In this document: in pieces, positions 12,483 through 23,620 of the stretch | How positions within the stretch are numbered: position 1 is the first letter of the stretch | Layout of the letters: each line of letters starts with the position of its first letter | Assembly (NCBI RefSeq): GCF_036321535.1 | Contig: NC_087472.1 | Span: 94,490,001-94,554,000, forward strand | DNA length: 64,000 nt | Source of the DNA: Camelus dromedarius | Taxonomy: Eukaryota | Direction: 5' to 3' | The notes under the pieces: generated by a model | Databases searched by the model: none | What the model saw: the letters and a program-made list of their open reading frames with translations, nothing else | Told to the model about the DNA's origin: nothing | Program-made: the position numbers and the translations under genes

Positions 12483-13370
12483 TGTTAAAAAAGAAATATC
12501 AGGCCCCAAATAGAGTCATTTACCCCCCATGACAGCAAATCAACACTTAATTGCAGTTTTGACTTTCCTCAGATAGGTAATTTTACTCAACCAGTCTGGA
12601 ATTTTCTGATCAGCTTCAATAAAATGATCTGTCACATAGGCCCTCTCCACCCCCCAGTGGAAGAAGAGGCAATCTGCATGATAAAACCTTTGCCATTGCC
12701 TTTCCCCTCAAAAGATGTCCTGGCCTAAATTTTTTTTTTCCTTTTACTAATAGCTCCCTTGCCAAACTCTTGTTCCTATAAAAACCTTCCATATTGTACA
12801 GTCCCTCGAAGTACCCCTCTAGTTGTTAGTGTGAACGAAAACTACTGTAAACCACATCAGTTAACAAAGGATGCTGATGCCATCAAGTCATCAGCTGCTG
12901 CCCCCTCCCCCCGCCCCATGAAGACAAGCCTGCAGCCCAGCCTCTGCAGCCACTCACAGTGGTGCCCTCTGAGGGGACTCAGAATAAGAAAGGACAGGAT
13001 ACTGGCCCTAGATAGCTAGGTGTTTGTCAAAGGAATGAATTCAATGAGCCCAAATGTTTGCTTCCTCCCGTACATAAAAAAGCACTAAATTCTTTAACTT
13101 GAGATGTCTGGTTTTCTTTAGTTAACAAGTCATCTTTTATTGTTCCAACTACCTGGTCTTTGTTGTAAAGCTCCTGTATATCCTAGCTCCTCCCCCACCT
13201 CTTAGGAGCAGTCCCTCAGAGCGACCTGAGAGGCTATCATCCCGGCTCGAGTCCTCCCGCCAAATACAACATAACTCTCAACTTTTAGGCTAACGCATTT
13301 ATTTGTCAACATTAGATAGGATGCTTGCCTAATTCATGAATCGCCTAATAAAGCCAATTTGTTTCTTAAC
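12483..13370 (+). mobile_element. ERV1-like solo LTR interrupted by a second LTR
   Basis: TG start, CCTATAAAAA TATA-like motif at ~12775, ATTCATGAATCGCCTAATAAAGCCAATT poly(A) region; the sequence rejoins across the inner insert. Confidence 0.75.
12830..13311 (+). mobile_element. Solo ERV LTR (482 bp) nested in an LTR
   Basis: TG...CA termini; exact 4-bp TSD TTAG at 12826-12829 and 13312-13315. Confidence 0.88.
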
Positions 13371-13580
13371 TGTTCTTTATTCTGGAAGGTGCATAGGTAT
13401 ACAGTGTCATGATATACAAAATGAGATCTAGACACGTACATGCTATGGTGATTGGATTCGATGAAATAATTTTGGCTACTAAAGCCCTTAAGGAAGTAAT
13501 ACAGGGAAGTTTTCTCAAATATGAAAAGAGAATGGTTGAATGGTCCATTACTTTTAAATGTGGTCTTTCATATTTGAGCT

Positions 13581-13689
13581 GCTGTGGTGTTACTAGTTCT
13601 ATGTGTACAGTGATATTCTGAGAGTCATGTTTTATTTCTGATAATAGACTATGTGTATCTTCCTGATATTTTAATACAGGGATGCCAAA
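13581..13689 (+). repeat. ~110-bp dispersed direct repeat, copy A (copy B at 15748-15860)
   Basis: Shared exact core GTGTACAGTGATATTCTGAGAGTCATGTTTTATTTCTG; about 10 substitutions and one 4-bp indel overall. Confidence 0.92.
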
Positions 13690-13753
13690 TTAAGTATAGT
13701 CCTAATGTTCAAAATGTAATTGACTTTAAGCAATTTCAAATAATATCTTTTGT

Positions 13754-13901
13754 GGGGGGTGGGGATAGCTCTGTAGTAGAGTGCCTGCCTAGCATGCACA
13801 AGGTCTTAGGTTCAATCCCCGGTACCTCCACTTAAAAAAAATAAGTAAGGAAATAAACCTAATTACCTCCTCCCCTAAAAAAAAAAAAAAAAAAAAAAAA
13901 A
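13754..13901 (+). mobile_element. tRNA-derived SINE (Vic-1 type) with long A-tail
   Basis: GATAGCTCTGTAGTAGAGTGCCTGCCTAGCATGCACAAGGTCTTAGGTTCAATCCCCGGTACCTCCA; poly(A) of more than 20 nt. Confidence 0.9.
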
Positions 13902-14749
13902 GCATAAGTCAAGTAATATGTCTTAGTAGCCACCTCATCATTAAAACATATTTCCAGAGTAAACTGTTTCTCTACCCATCTCTCCCACTACCCTCCGGCA
14001 TGTTTGCATCTTATTCATGGATGCCATTAGCAATGGTGTTGTATTCTCTAAAACTTCTCTACAAGAGGGGCTAGATCTTTGGATTGTTTTTTCTACTGGA
14101 AAGTTACTTTCAATGACCAGTTTGGGCTTTAAATTTTAAAAAGTTATCAGCAAATAGCCATTTAGCTTTTTCCCTCGAATGTGACTTAACAGGCTATCAT
14201 GAACATTCATAGCTAACTCCTTCCAGAGAGCTTTGATTTCTGCCCTTTCACAGATTTACAAACTTTAGTGTTCTTCTAGGCTAACACATTTCTGCAGGTG
14301 GTTTATTATTTTAAAAAAGAACCAATTCACGTGAAGTTGAAAAGATAATTTCCAAAGGAAAAATTCAAGCCCTGAAATATGCAACCTATAAAATAGGAAA
14401 AATTCCATGAGATAAAAAGTCAGCGGAAACTGTCTTTATCTGCCAATGAATTGAGTGAATCCATGAGCCTTTAAAATAAGAGAAAGGGAAAATTAAATAC
14501 CATCAGCTGTTTATTTTACCAAGCATACCTAATTCTCTTTAGTTTAAATTTAAACTAAATTTAAACTGCCAATTCATTAAGGAACTGTTTCTTTTGGTTT
14601 CAACTTTTTCTTTTGTTTGTGTGTGAGTTTTTGTTTGTTTGTTTTTTAATAGCTTGAATGTAGATTTTCTCTGCTTCCCTGCCCTACGTGCCTGGTGATC
14701 TTGGTAAGGGGGAAAAAAAAAAGAAACCATGCCCCTGATGGCATGATAA

Positions 14750-15302
14750 TGTCGGGGAGGAAGAAATTTTCCTCTACCTCTCTAGGTTCTTCTGACTGGT
14801 CTGAGAATTCAGTTGACATGAAACAGATTAACGGGAAAATCTTACACAAGTTTAATAAGATGTGTACATGGGAGAGACCCAGGAAAACTGAGGAACTTGC
14901 CAAAATGGCGGAAGTCCTCACCTTAAATATCATCTTTAGTTGACGACTAAAGAGGATGTTGGGGGTAGTGGTTTGGGACTTCAAAGGGGAGGAAGGCAAT
15001 TCATGTGGAGATAGAAAAGCAAATGTTTGGTAAACACATGTTTGCTGGGCCAGGCAGTCAGTGGAACACAGGAATTTTAACATTGCTAAATGCCTCCCTG
15101 TCTACACACCTGCTTTGTATTAAAGTATAGTTATCTATGGTGGTAACTCCCTTCCTGGAACAGGTCCTCACCTACATTGTTTTAGGCAGTTGGGAGGGTC
15201 AAAATTTTTGGGGGGTCTTTTTAGCCTTGATTGTTTTCAGCTCGAAATAATCCACATGCTAAAGAGACACAATTTTGGGGTGGCACATTGCACTACCCTA
15301 CA
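14750..15302 (-). mobile_element. Complete solo ERV1-class LTR
   Basis: TG...CA termini, exact 4-bp TSD ATAA, ATTAAA on minus. Confidence 0.9.
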
Positions 15303-15364
15303 ATAACATACCTGAATTATAATTTGAAGATGATCTGTATTAGTAGTAGAATAGTTTGTCAACT

Positions 15365-15545
15365 AAAAGTGTGGTCCTGAGATTAGTAACGTAACATGGA
15401 TATCACCTGGGATGTTTTACAAACACAATTACCTGACCACCCCCACCCTACGGAGTCAGCATCGTGGAGGGTGGGGTTCTCAGGTGTAATTGATCTAAAA
15501 ATCTCTTCAGGTGATTCCAGTGCATCTAAGGCTTTGAGAAGCCCT
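15365..15545. mobile_element. MER5A-like hAT MITE
   Basis: AAAGTGTGGTCC...ATCACCTGGGA...CAGGTGATTCCAGTGCATCTAAGGCTTTGAGAAGCCCTG. Confidence 0.7.
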
Positions 15546-15747
15546 GATCTAGCAGATGTCAGCTTTTGAGAAAAGACGCTGAAGGCGTAACTGCTTCTCC
15601 ACCAATAGGAAAACCCAAGGAAGTGAGCTAAGAGGTGGGGAATCTCGTGAAAGCTAGATGGGCAAACTGGCCAGAGCACCAGAGAAGGAGAAGGGAGAGC
15701 CGGAGTACAGGAGCTCTGTGATTCTCAAAGGTAGGCTCTTAAGTTCC

Positions 15748-15860
15748 GCTGTGGTATTACTTGTTCTACGTGTACAGTGATATTCTGAGAGTCATGTTTT
15801 ATTTCTGGTAATGGACTGTCTGTGTCTTCCTGATATTTCAAATGTTACAGGGACGCCAAA
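15748..15860 (+). repeat. ~110-bp dispersed direct repeat, copy B
   Basis: Aligns with 13581-13689 and retains CpGs that are TpG in copy A. Confidence 0.92.
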
Positions 15861-16066
15861 GCTGTTACATCATCGAAGTTGAGATAAATGAATTTTTGTA
15901 ATCCTTTCAACCTTATTTGCTTAGAAATGTTTTTACACAAAGGCGTTATGTAACACTGTATTGCCAGTACGCAGCACTGGCGTACTTAAATGTTAAAGGG
16001 GTGCTATTAACTGTTTTATGTGTTCATGAAAAGCCAGTGGTGGTGATGGTAACTAAAATATACTTT

Positions 16067-16667
16067 TGTTACTGGGAGGAGGGGAATGACAATTACCTCA
16101 GTTCTTAGTCGCCTGAAAAAAATGAATTTTTAACGAGAGAAAGCGTGATACAAATAAGATTTTATTAGTAAAGTAAAAATCCTTTAAAATCTAGTACGCT
16201 CCCAAGACTTGGGAGCGGGCCAATCCAAGAGAGGAAAAATGTCGCCGCAACTTTGTTTTTCCTGTTTTTATATCTTGGCTTAGGGGGCATTTTCGTGATT
16301 GATTGATTTGTGGCTGAGGTTCTTTGGGTGCTCAGGCTGACAGCTCATTCTCCTTGTGCTCAGGCACACGCATCTCCTTTGGGCATGTTCTTACCCATGA
16401 TGCACACAGACAAACCTAAGGGAAGAGGGCTCAAACTGCGATGTGAATTACATTATAATGAGCAGCGGGTCAGGTTAAGCCAGGTCCTTCTCTCTGTTGC
16501 GCAGCCGCAGTGTTCCATCCTAGCTGGCTGCTTTGCTGGCCCTCATTTAGAGAAAGTAAAAGTTTTTGGAGCCTCTTATCCTGAGCACAGGTGTACTGTT
16601 ATTTTCTGAGTTGCTCCTTTCCCGTTCCCCTCCCCCTGTCCAGTGCTCATTTCTTATCTGCCTAACA
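16067..16667 (-). mobile_element. Complete solo ERV LTR (601 bp)
   Basis: TG...CA termini, exact 4-bp TSD CTTT, AATAAA on minus (TTTATT at ~16161). Confidence 0.88.
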
Positions 16668-17672
16668 CTTTCATAGCATGTATTGGGGAAAAAGGGAGAT
16701 TGTACAAATGGCTCAATGATTTACCCCACATTATAGCTAGAAAATTGCAGACCTAGAACTTGAATCCATACTTTTCAGTCTATGTTTAGACTTTTCACTT
16801 TCAGCCTTTGGTCCTCAAAATATGTTCCACTGAACCATCGGCATCAATGAGACCTTTTCAGGTTGTCTGTGAGTGTAAGGAAATTAATAATTATATAAAG
16901 AAATTATTTTTCTTTTTCACTGTGTTAATATTTGCACTGAAGTTACAAAAGTAACAGGATAGAACTGGCGCCTTAGGACAAATCAAGGCCTTGGTGCCAA
17001 ACTGGACGCGCACTATTTTTGTTTTTAAATGCTGGTTTCACTTAGAATGATCTGGGAAAAGCAGGAAAAAGAATTTTCCGAAATCTTAGCACATCTTTTA
17101 GCATTTTGTCTGTTGACGTGGGAAGTCGAGAGAAAGCATTTCTGTTGCATACTAAAGGAAGTGATTGTCTGAAGGAAAAGCATTTATGTAGTTGTTTTGA
17201 GTTTTGAGCTGAGGTGTTTTGTCTTCCATGGAACATTATTTTTACTTGAAAGAACTCCTGACTGAGAAGTAATGGTTATTCAGACTTGGGGCATATGGAA
17301 GATAATGTCTCAAAATAAAGTGAGACTGCCACTTCAAGGAAAATGATTGACAGTATTTGTTGCCAAAGACAAAGTTTGAGATTTCATGCAAAAATCAGGA
17401 GCTTGGGAAACTTGTAAATGCTTCCATAAGCCTGACAGCTTCTTAGTACTTAAAGACTTTTCTGATGACATTACTGCGGTCATTATATCATTATAATGAT
17501 TTTTATATTACATAATGAAAACTCAGTGAAGCAGAATTCTCTAGTGACCAATGCTTGATGTTACAAAATTACTCTCGTGTAAAAGATATGTTAAAAATGC
17601 AAGCTATATCCATGGCTTTTCATGTAACAAAGTACAAAAGGTCCATTGATAGAATTTGAGATATAGCTTCAG

Positions 17673-18295
17673 AGGGGAGGGTTCCCCTTCCTTTTCCATT
17701 CCAGTTCCAGTCGGAAAATAGGGAAACCAAAGCTGAGATGGACACGGCACAAGCTTTATTCAGTGGTCAAATAATGGAGAAGCGGGAACTAAATTCACAG
17801 ATCAACTTCTCCCCCACCTGCCAAGAGTGATTTAATTTTAAAGAGTAAAGACAAAGGGAGAAGGAGTGAAGCTAATGAGGGGGAGGAATATGTATTAGTC
17901 TACCAGGGAGGAGGCAGGGCTTTTTTTGAGGGAGTACGGTGCCACCCTTTTTTTCTTTTTTTTTTTAAATTAATTCTTTTACAGTCCTTAATGTCAGGTC
18001 CTGGCTCCTGGTAGGTGTGTCATCTAATATGCTAATATAGTAAAATCAGCAAATACTGAGACTCAGGGTCTGTTGGTGAGTTTCGTTGCCATCTTGGTCC
18101 CAGCTGGTTCCATCTGTTTTTGTGTGTGTGTCTGTAGCTCGCTGTCTTATTTCTGGACTCTTTAACTGAAAAGATTTATGTTCACTCCTGCTAAAGGTGG
18201 ATGTGGGGGGCGGAGGTTGGCAGGTTTTGAGCAAGGACACTCCTGCCAATGGTGGGGGGTTTGAGGGTTGTGAACAAGGACCTGGAGCAGCAACA
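17673..18295 (-). mobile_element. ERV LTR inserted in Charlie1, left terminus missing
   Basis: Interrupts Charlie1 between GCTTCAG and ATTCCACATTG; TTTATT at ~17755; ends CAACA; no TSD seen. Confidence 0.7.
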
Positions 18296-18654
18296 ATTCC
18301 ACATTGTAACTTTTATAAAACCATCAGTTGAAGTTTGGATGTAGTAAGAAATAAGATTATCCCCCCTCAAAAAAATTAAAAAGATTATCAAAATTTCCTT
18401 AAAAGGCTATAAAAATAGCCCTCCATTTCCCAAATCCTTCTCTACAAGACGCCATATTTTGGTCATATTTGTACTTCTACCAAAGTAACATATCACAACA
18501 GGTTTAATGCAGAATATGAGAATCCACCTGTCATCTGTTAGGGCAGATGTTGAACAGATTTGTAAAAATGTAAAACAATGTTACTCTTCTCAGTAAGTAT
18601 TTTATTATATTTTGTTAAATATAATTCTTTTACAAAATATAATTCTTCTAAAAG

Positions 18655-18781
18655 TGTTTTTTTTGGGGGGGAGGAGGGTTGGTAATTAGGTTTATTTATT
18701 TTAATGGAGATACTGGGGATTGAACCCAGGACCACATGCATGCTAAGCACACACTTTACCACTGAGTGCTACCCTCCCCCC
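18655..18781 (-). mobile_element. tRNA-derived SINE (Vic-1 type)
   Basis: GGTAATTAGGTTTATTTATTTTAATGGAGATACTGGGGATTGAACCCAGGACC...ACCCTCCCCC. Confidence 0.9.
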
Positions 18782-19184
18782 ATAATTTTTTTAAGAGTAT
18801 TTTTAATTTGTTTTAATTTCTAGTAGGGTAAATATTAATAAATATGCCCCCCTCCCACCCACACTTATGAAAAATACTCCTTGGGCATCTTAAATAATAT
18901 TTAAGAGTGTAAAGAGGTCCTGAGACAAATATTTGACGGCAGTTACAGTATAGCCAAGCAAAGGGGTAGCAGTAAAATACATATATATATGTATGTGTGT
19001 GTGTGTGTATGTAAAACACCTTATATTTAATTCTTCATATTTAAAATTTTTTCTTTTCAAGAAACTGTTATCTTTGGTTTTCAGAAAAATTTAAGATAAG
19101 ATAATCTGTTGCTTACAGGTAGGTATACTGTTGCACTAATAATTTATTTAAAGGAGTTTGTCACATCTGCTATGCCATAAGCAT

Positions 19185-19810
19185 TAATTCTAGCAGGCTT
19201 GAAAATTGGCATGAGTTATCTTGCTGATGTGAGGCACTCACCTGCCCAACCCTGATCAATGGTCAAAACATGAAACAGACTGATTAATAGTGTTGTTTTG
19301 TAACTATGGGTTCAAGGGGAAATTTGGGGCATTTTATACCAACTCATCAGCATCATTTACTGATTACATAGAGATTGATGGTTTATACCTGGCTTGGGGG
19401 ACCCTCCATCCCCTGGAGCCCTCCCAGAGGGCTCTGACATTGGAGCTGGTTACATAACAAGACTACGTGTAAGTGAACAGAATTGTGTAAGATACCCAAG
19501 CTGAGACTCACTTAATTTGGGCTCTCTGGTTTCAACGTGTATACAGGACTGAGAGAAGGAATGGTCTCTGAGAGAAGTTGTGTCTTGCTATGGCCATTAC
19601 AGAGGGAGGCTAATTGGTGCTTGAACCTGGCCTCATCAGATCCTACTGTGAGGCAGGCAGTCTTGGGCTGTGATACATAGCCTGGCTTTGACGTTGCTTC
19701 TGTATCATTTCCTTTTCTCTAAATAAACTTCAGATTCGTAAGCTGTGCCATTTTGGTCCTGTGAGTTGTCTTCAGCAATCAGATCCTTTCTGGTTGCCAC
19801 CATTAGTACA
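19185..19810 (+). mobile_element. ERVL-like LTR (a related 3' fragment lies at ~27440-27507)
   Basis: AATAAA at ~19722; ends GTTGCCACCATTAGTACA; the same terminus TTGCCACCATTAGCACA occurs at ~27491-27507. Confidence 0.6.
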
Positions 19811-20064
19811 TGAACCAATCAAATTTACTAAGAATAATAAACATCTGTTACTTTAGAATCAACAAAGACATCTGCTAATAAAATGTTCTTTTAAAATACT
19901 AGCTATTTGTTAACATTTTAAGATACTATATGTTGAAATATATATGCTGTATCAAAGCATTTATTAACATAAAATCATTTGTAAAATGGCCATACAGAGA
20001 TAGATATTAATACTGTATCCTTTAGAGTAGTTTTGAAATTAAGTACAATTTTTATCTTCCCAAA

Positions 20065-20490
20065 AGGCTGGTGAGTAGGATCTCCAGGGTAAGTTGAGAT
20101 GCTTAGAAATGTCATTAAGTAGGCTCTTCCCCAAGTGGTTTTCCTCCACACTTAGAGTACTGGCTGTCATCGTCAGGATTGGTCCCTCATGGTGATACTC
20201 AGGCCATTCATCTATCGCATCTGCACGATGCTAAGTAGATAAGGTTTTTATTTTGTTTTATCATCACTCCTGTCTCTGACTCTTCTCATCCAGGACGAGA
20301 ATCCTTCTCGGAGACCCTTCTCTCCTCCCACACAAACCTGTCTTTGGGCAGATTTAGTTACATGGACATACTTAGCAGCAAGGGTGGCTGGGACCAGGAA
20401 GATGTGGCATTTCAGTCTCCATCACGGATGGCACGCTTTGCTGTCAAGTAGGAGGAAGGAGACAAGAAACCCATGGTGTGCGAATCACCA
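20065..20490 (-). mobile_element. Old MaLR LTR (MLT1K/L-like) fragment
   Basis: CTTAGCAGCAAGGGTGGCTGGGA...ATGTGGCATTT motif. Confidence 0.5.
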
Positions 20491-20724
20491 TTACTGTATA
20501 TGAATGCAGTAAGTAGTGCAGTCCATGTGAGTCCCTAGAGTCACATGTCAGGTGTAAAGAGGGAAATGTCTAGGGGGTGGTATAATAGTATGAAATCCCT
20601 CAGATCTACCTAAGTGGATGACTTTCCTCTCTGTTTAAACACAATCCTGGATAGATTTTTTTTGAAATTCTGAGTGATGCTTCTTTGCCTTAAACATCTA
20701 GATAAATTATATTTTGTCAACCAA

Positions 20725-21142
20725 GAAATGCAGAAGACTGCAAATAAGAAATAGTTTATGTGGAGCCTTAAAAATTTTAATTCAGGAGGTGCTGATTCGA
20801 GTAGCAACTGAGAGAAATAGAAAATGGCGGGGGTTTATAAAGTCAAGAAAGACATTCCAGATACATAGGTTATCTGTGCAGAACTACAGCAAGTGTGGCC
20901 AAGCGTTCAGTCATTGGCCAGCAGCAGGGTCGTTGCTTATACTGCAGTCCCTAGGGAGTAAAGATAACACATTGCAGGTGGTTTCAGGTTGGCTGGGTCA
21001 AAAATTGATGTTATGCTGCTGGTAGGGGGGTGACGGCGACCTGTGTAAGTTCCATTTCCTTGATGGCCTCCTAGGTCCGTTTTAGATCCTTTTGACATAA
21101 GTATAAGTGACTCATGAGTGATTTTGTTCATGGTCCACCACA
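20725..21142 (-). mobile_element. Probable ERV LTR fragment
   Basis: Ends GGTCCACCACA; contains CTTATA and CATTGG (TATAAG and CCAATG on minus). Confidence 0.45.
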
Positions 21143-23620
21143 TATCATTTCCCCTTTGAAATTTCCCTAGACACCAAAAGAAGGAAGTTTCTTCCTTCTA
21201 TAAGACTTTAGAGCATTGTGTTCAAGCCACTATTACAGCACTAGTCGTATTGAAATAATGTGTTTAGCTTCTGACTGCCGTGGTAGATTGAGGTCCTGTA
21301 GGAATAGAACTATATTTAGTCTTTTATGTGCTTTCTCAGCTTCCATGTAATGGGTATATTATTACATACAGATTGGGTGGAAAAACTGATTGAAACCATA
21401 TTTTTCACAAAGTATAAAATGGGGTTGAAGATAAAGTTACATAGCAGGATGTTGTAGACAAATAGGCCCACATGAGGCTCTGTACTAAAATAAATCTCTC
21501 CATGCATGGGTTAAGTAGGGTGCAAACACTAATGACATGCTTTGTGATTAAAAAGGATTGATAATATATGTATCCCTTTTATGCATCACGCATGTTTGAC
21601 CTTTGGGTTTAACTGCTACAGTATACTATTTATATCTTTCTAAGTTATTAACAAGAAAATACCAGGCATCCTCAGTAATAAAAATAGCTTCTTCAGCTAA
21701 AATAACCAGCATTAAAATAAAAGAGCTATAAATATGCATGCTTTACAATATAAACCCAAATGTCCCCTATGGTATAATTAACCAATCCATAGCATTTACA
21801 GAGGGCTTTTCATCTGAGGATCTAAAAGTGATTCACACATTATTAGTTCCACAAAAATGCCTCTAAGGTAGAAAAGTTATAGATTAGGAAACTGAGATTT
21901 TGTGTTTATTTGCTAAAGGCTGTAATGCCAGAAGGCTTCAGAGATGGATTTAAGGCCAAATAATATATTTTTAAAATTCTCTTCTTGGGTCACTAGTTAG
22001 TGTTATCATCACCATATAACATGTCTTACCAAGCAGCCAACTGCGCATGGTACCAAGCTGGGCACTGAACACCCTGAATGAACACAGGTCACACCATGGA
22101 CTCAAATCTAAGGCAGAAGAAGTAGATGCAGACAAACTTCAAAAAAAAGACAAAACAAAACACAAGATTTGTGATACGACATTTGTTGGCAGTGGAATAA
22201 TGATGAAAATAGTAAAAATCAAAGGGGTGTCTCACAGTATAATGGCTGCCTCATGGCATATATATAATGAGAATGATGTCTATGGTGTTACAGACTGAAA
22301 GGGAGGGCTAAGAGTGGGGGAGGGGTGGAACATGGGAGGCGGGGGCAGAGGGAAGAGAGAGGTATTTTGTGTTATGAATATATCCTAAACGTGCTGATTT
22401 AAGTCAGGAATAACATGGACAACTGTATGGCCACAAGAAATGAATGTGTGAATTAAGATCTCTCTCTACCTACATGTAGACACACACAGCCCCTTCACAA
22501 AGTGAAATAAGTTTTATTATCTTTTGAGGAAAACTCATACCACGTCCCTGTGTGACCACTGTTCTAGTCCCAAAACTGAGATGGAATTTCCCCTGCACCA
22601 GGAGATTAGCTGCACAAATCATCACTACCCTATAAACCTCTTTGGCCAAAGCTTGAGAAGCAAAATGCTTGGCCAGATGAATCCATGTCCTCACCAAATA
22701 CTTGTCTATGTTCTATGCACTTTTTAGAAACAGTTCATGAGCTGTGCGAATAGTTCTGAAAGCTTTGTAAAGAGTGTTTCACCATCTAAAGTTTTTTGTG
22801 ATGATGCTTTCCTTAGGCAGAACTTCCCCTTTGCACTGAAACTTCGTAAGAGATGGACCCCCAGGGACTCCATCCACTAGAATTCTGTCCTACCCACTTG
22901 GCATTTGGAAAATGCAGCTCATAACAAAGTAATAGCTTACTCTTAGAAATAACCCTGGTGCCTCAGGAGACGGAGTCCACCTGCCATAAATCTCCTCCAG
23001 CCCACGGTGCACCAAAGCAGTTCACCCTTTGATCCTAACTAGTAACTACAAATCTCTCCAAGGAAAATTAAACCTAAAGGAAGAAAGACCCAACTTTGGA
23101 ATTCCCAGGAAGCCATTCGGCAAAACTGTTCCAGAACATAAACGGTAGCTCTGCACTAGGGACTGACTTCCCTCAAAAGGCTCTGAAATCTTTGAAGGCA
23201 TGGAAGGCACCACCCTTCAAAGATACTAACATAATGTAACTGTTACTTTGGCAAATACTCATCCTCACACTTTTGTACATGGGAAAATACGTTTATAATT
23301 TGGAAAAGAAATGTATTTCTGAATATGCTATGCTGTAGGCAATTCATTTTTTTTTTAAGACACAGTGACTTTTCTACTTAAATCTTTTAAAAGCAGCTTT
23401 ATATTTATGTCTCATCTGGTACATTTGTTTTCCAATTTGGTGTAGCAAATTGGTGCAAACTTGGTTTAAAATGAAACGCATTTATTAGCTCACAGTTCTG
23501 TAAGACGGAAGTCTAGGCACATTGAGGCCAGTTCTCTGCTTAGGATATCACAAGGTTGGGATCAAGGTAGCTAGCTACTTTCTGGGGCTTGGGCTTCTCA
23601 TTCAGGTGGGTAGAATTTAG

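Larger units (their letters stand above)
16805..18945 (+). mobile_element. hAT-Charlie1 family DNA transposon, interrupted by an LTR and a SINE
   Basis: Charlie1 motifs GGCGCCTTAG..AATCAAGGC..GCCAAACTG, ATGGTTATTCAGACTTGGG, AATGCAGAATATGAGAATCCA and AAGAGGTCCTGAGAC. Confidence 0.82.

Noticed and set aside
14646..15083. 145-aa ORF and similar ORFs at 11488-11781 and 50698-50913
   Set aside because: The similarity among these peptides arises because all lie in copies of the same LTR family; not a gene family.
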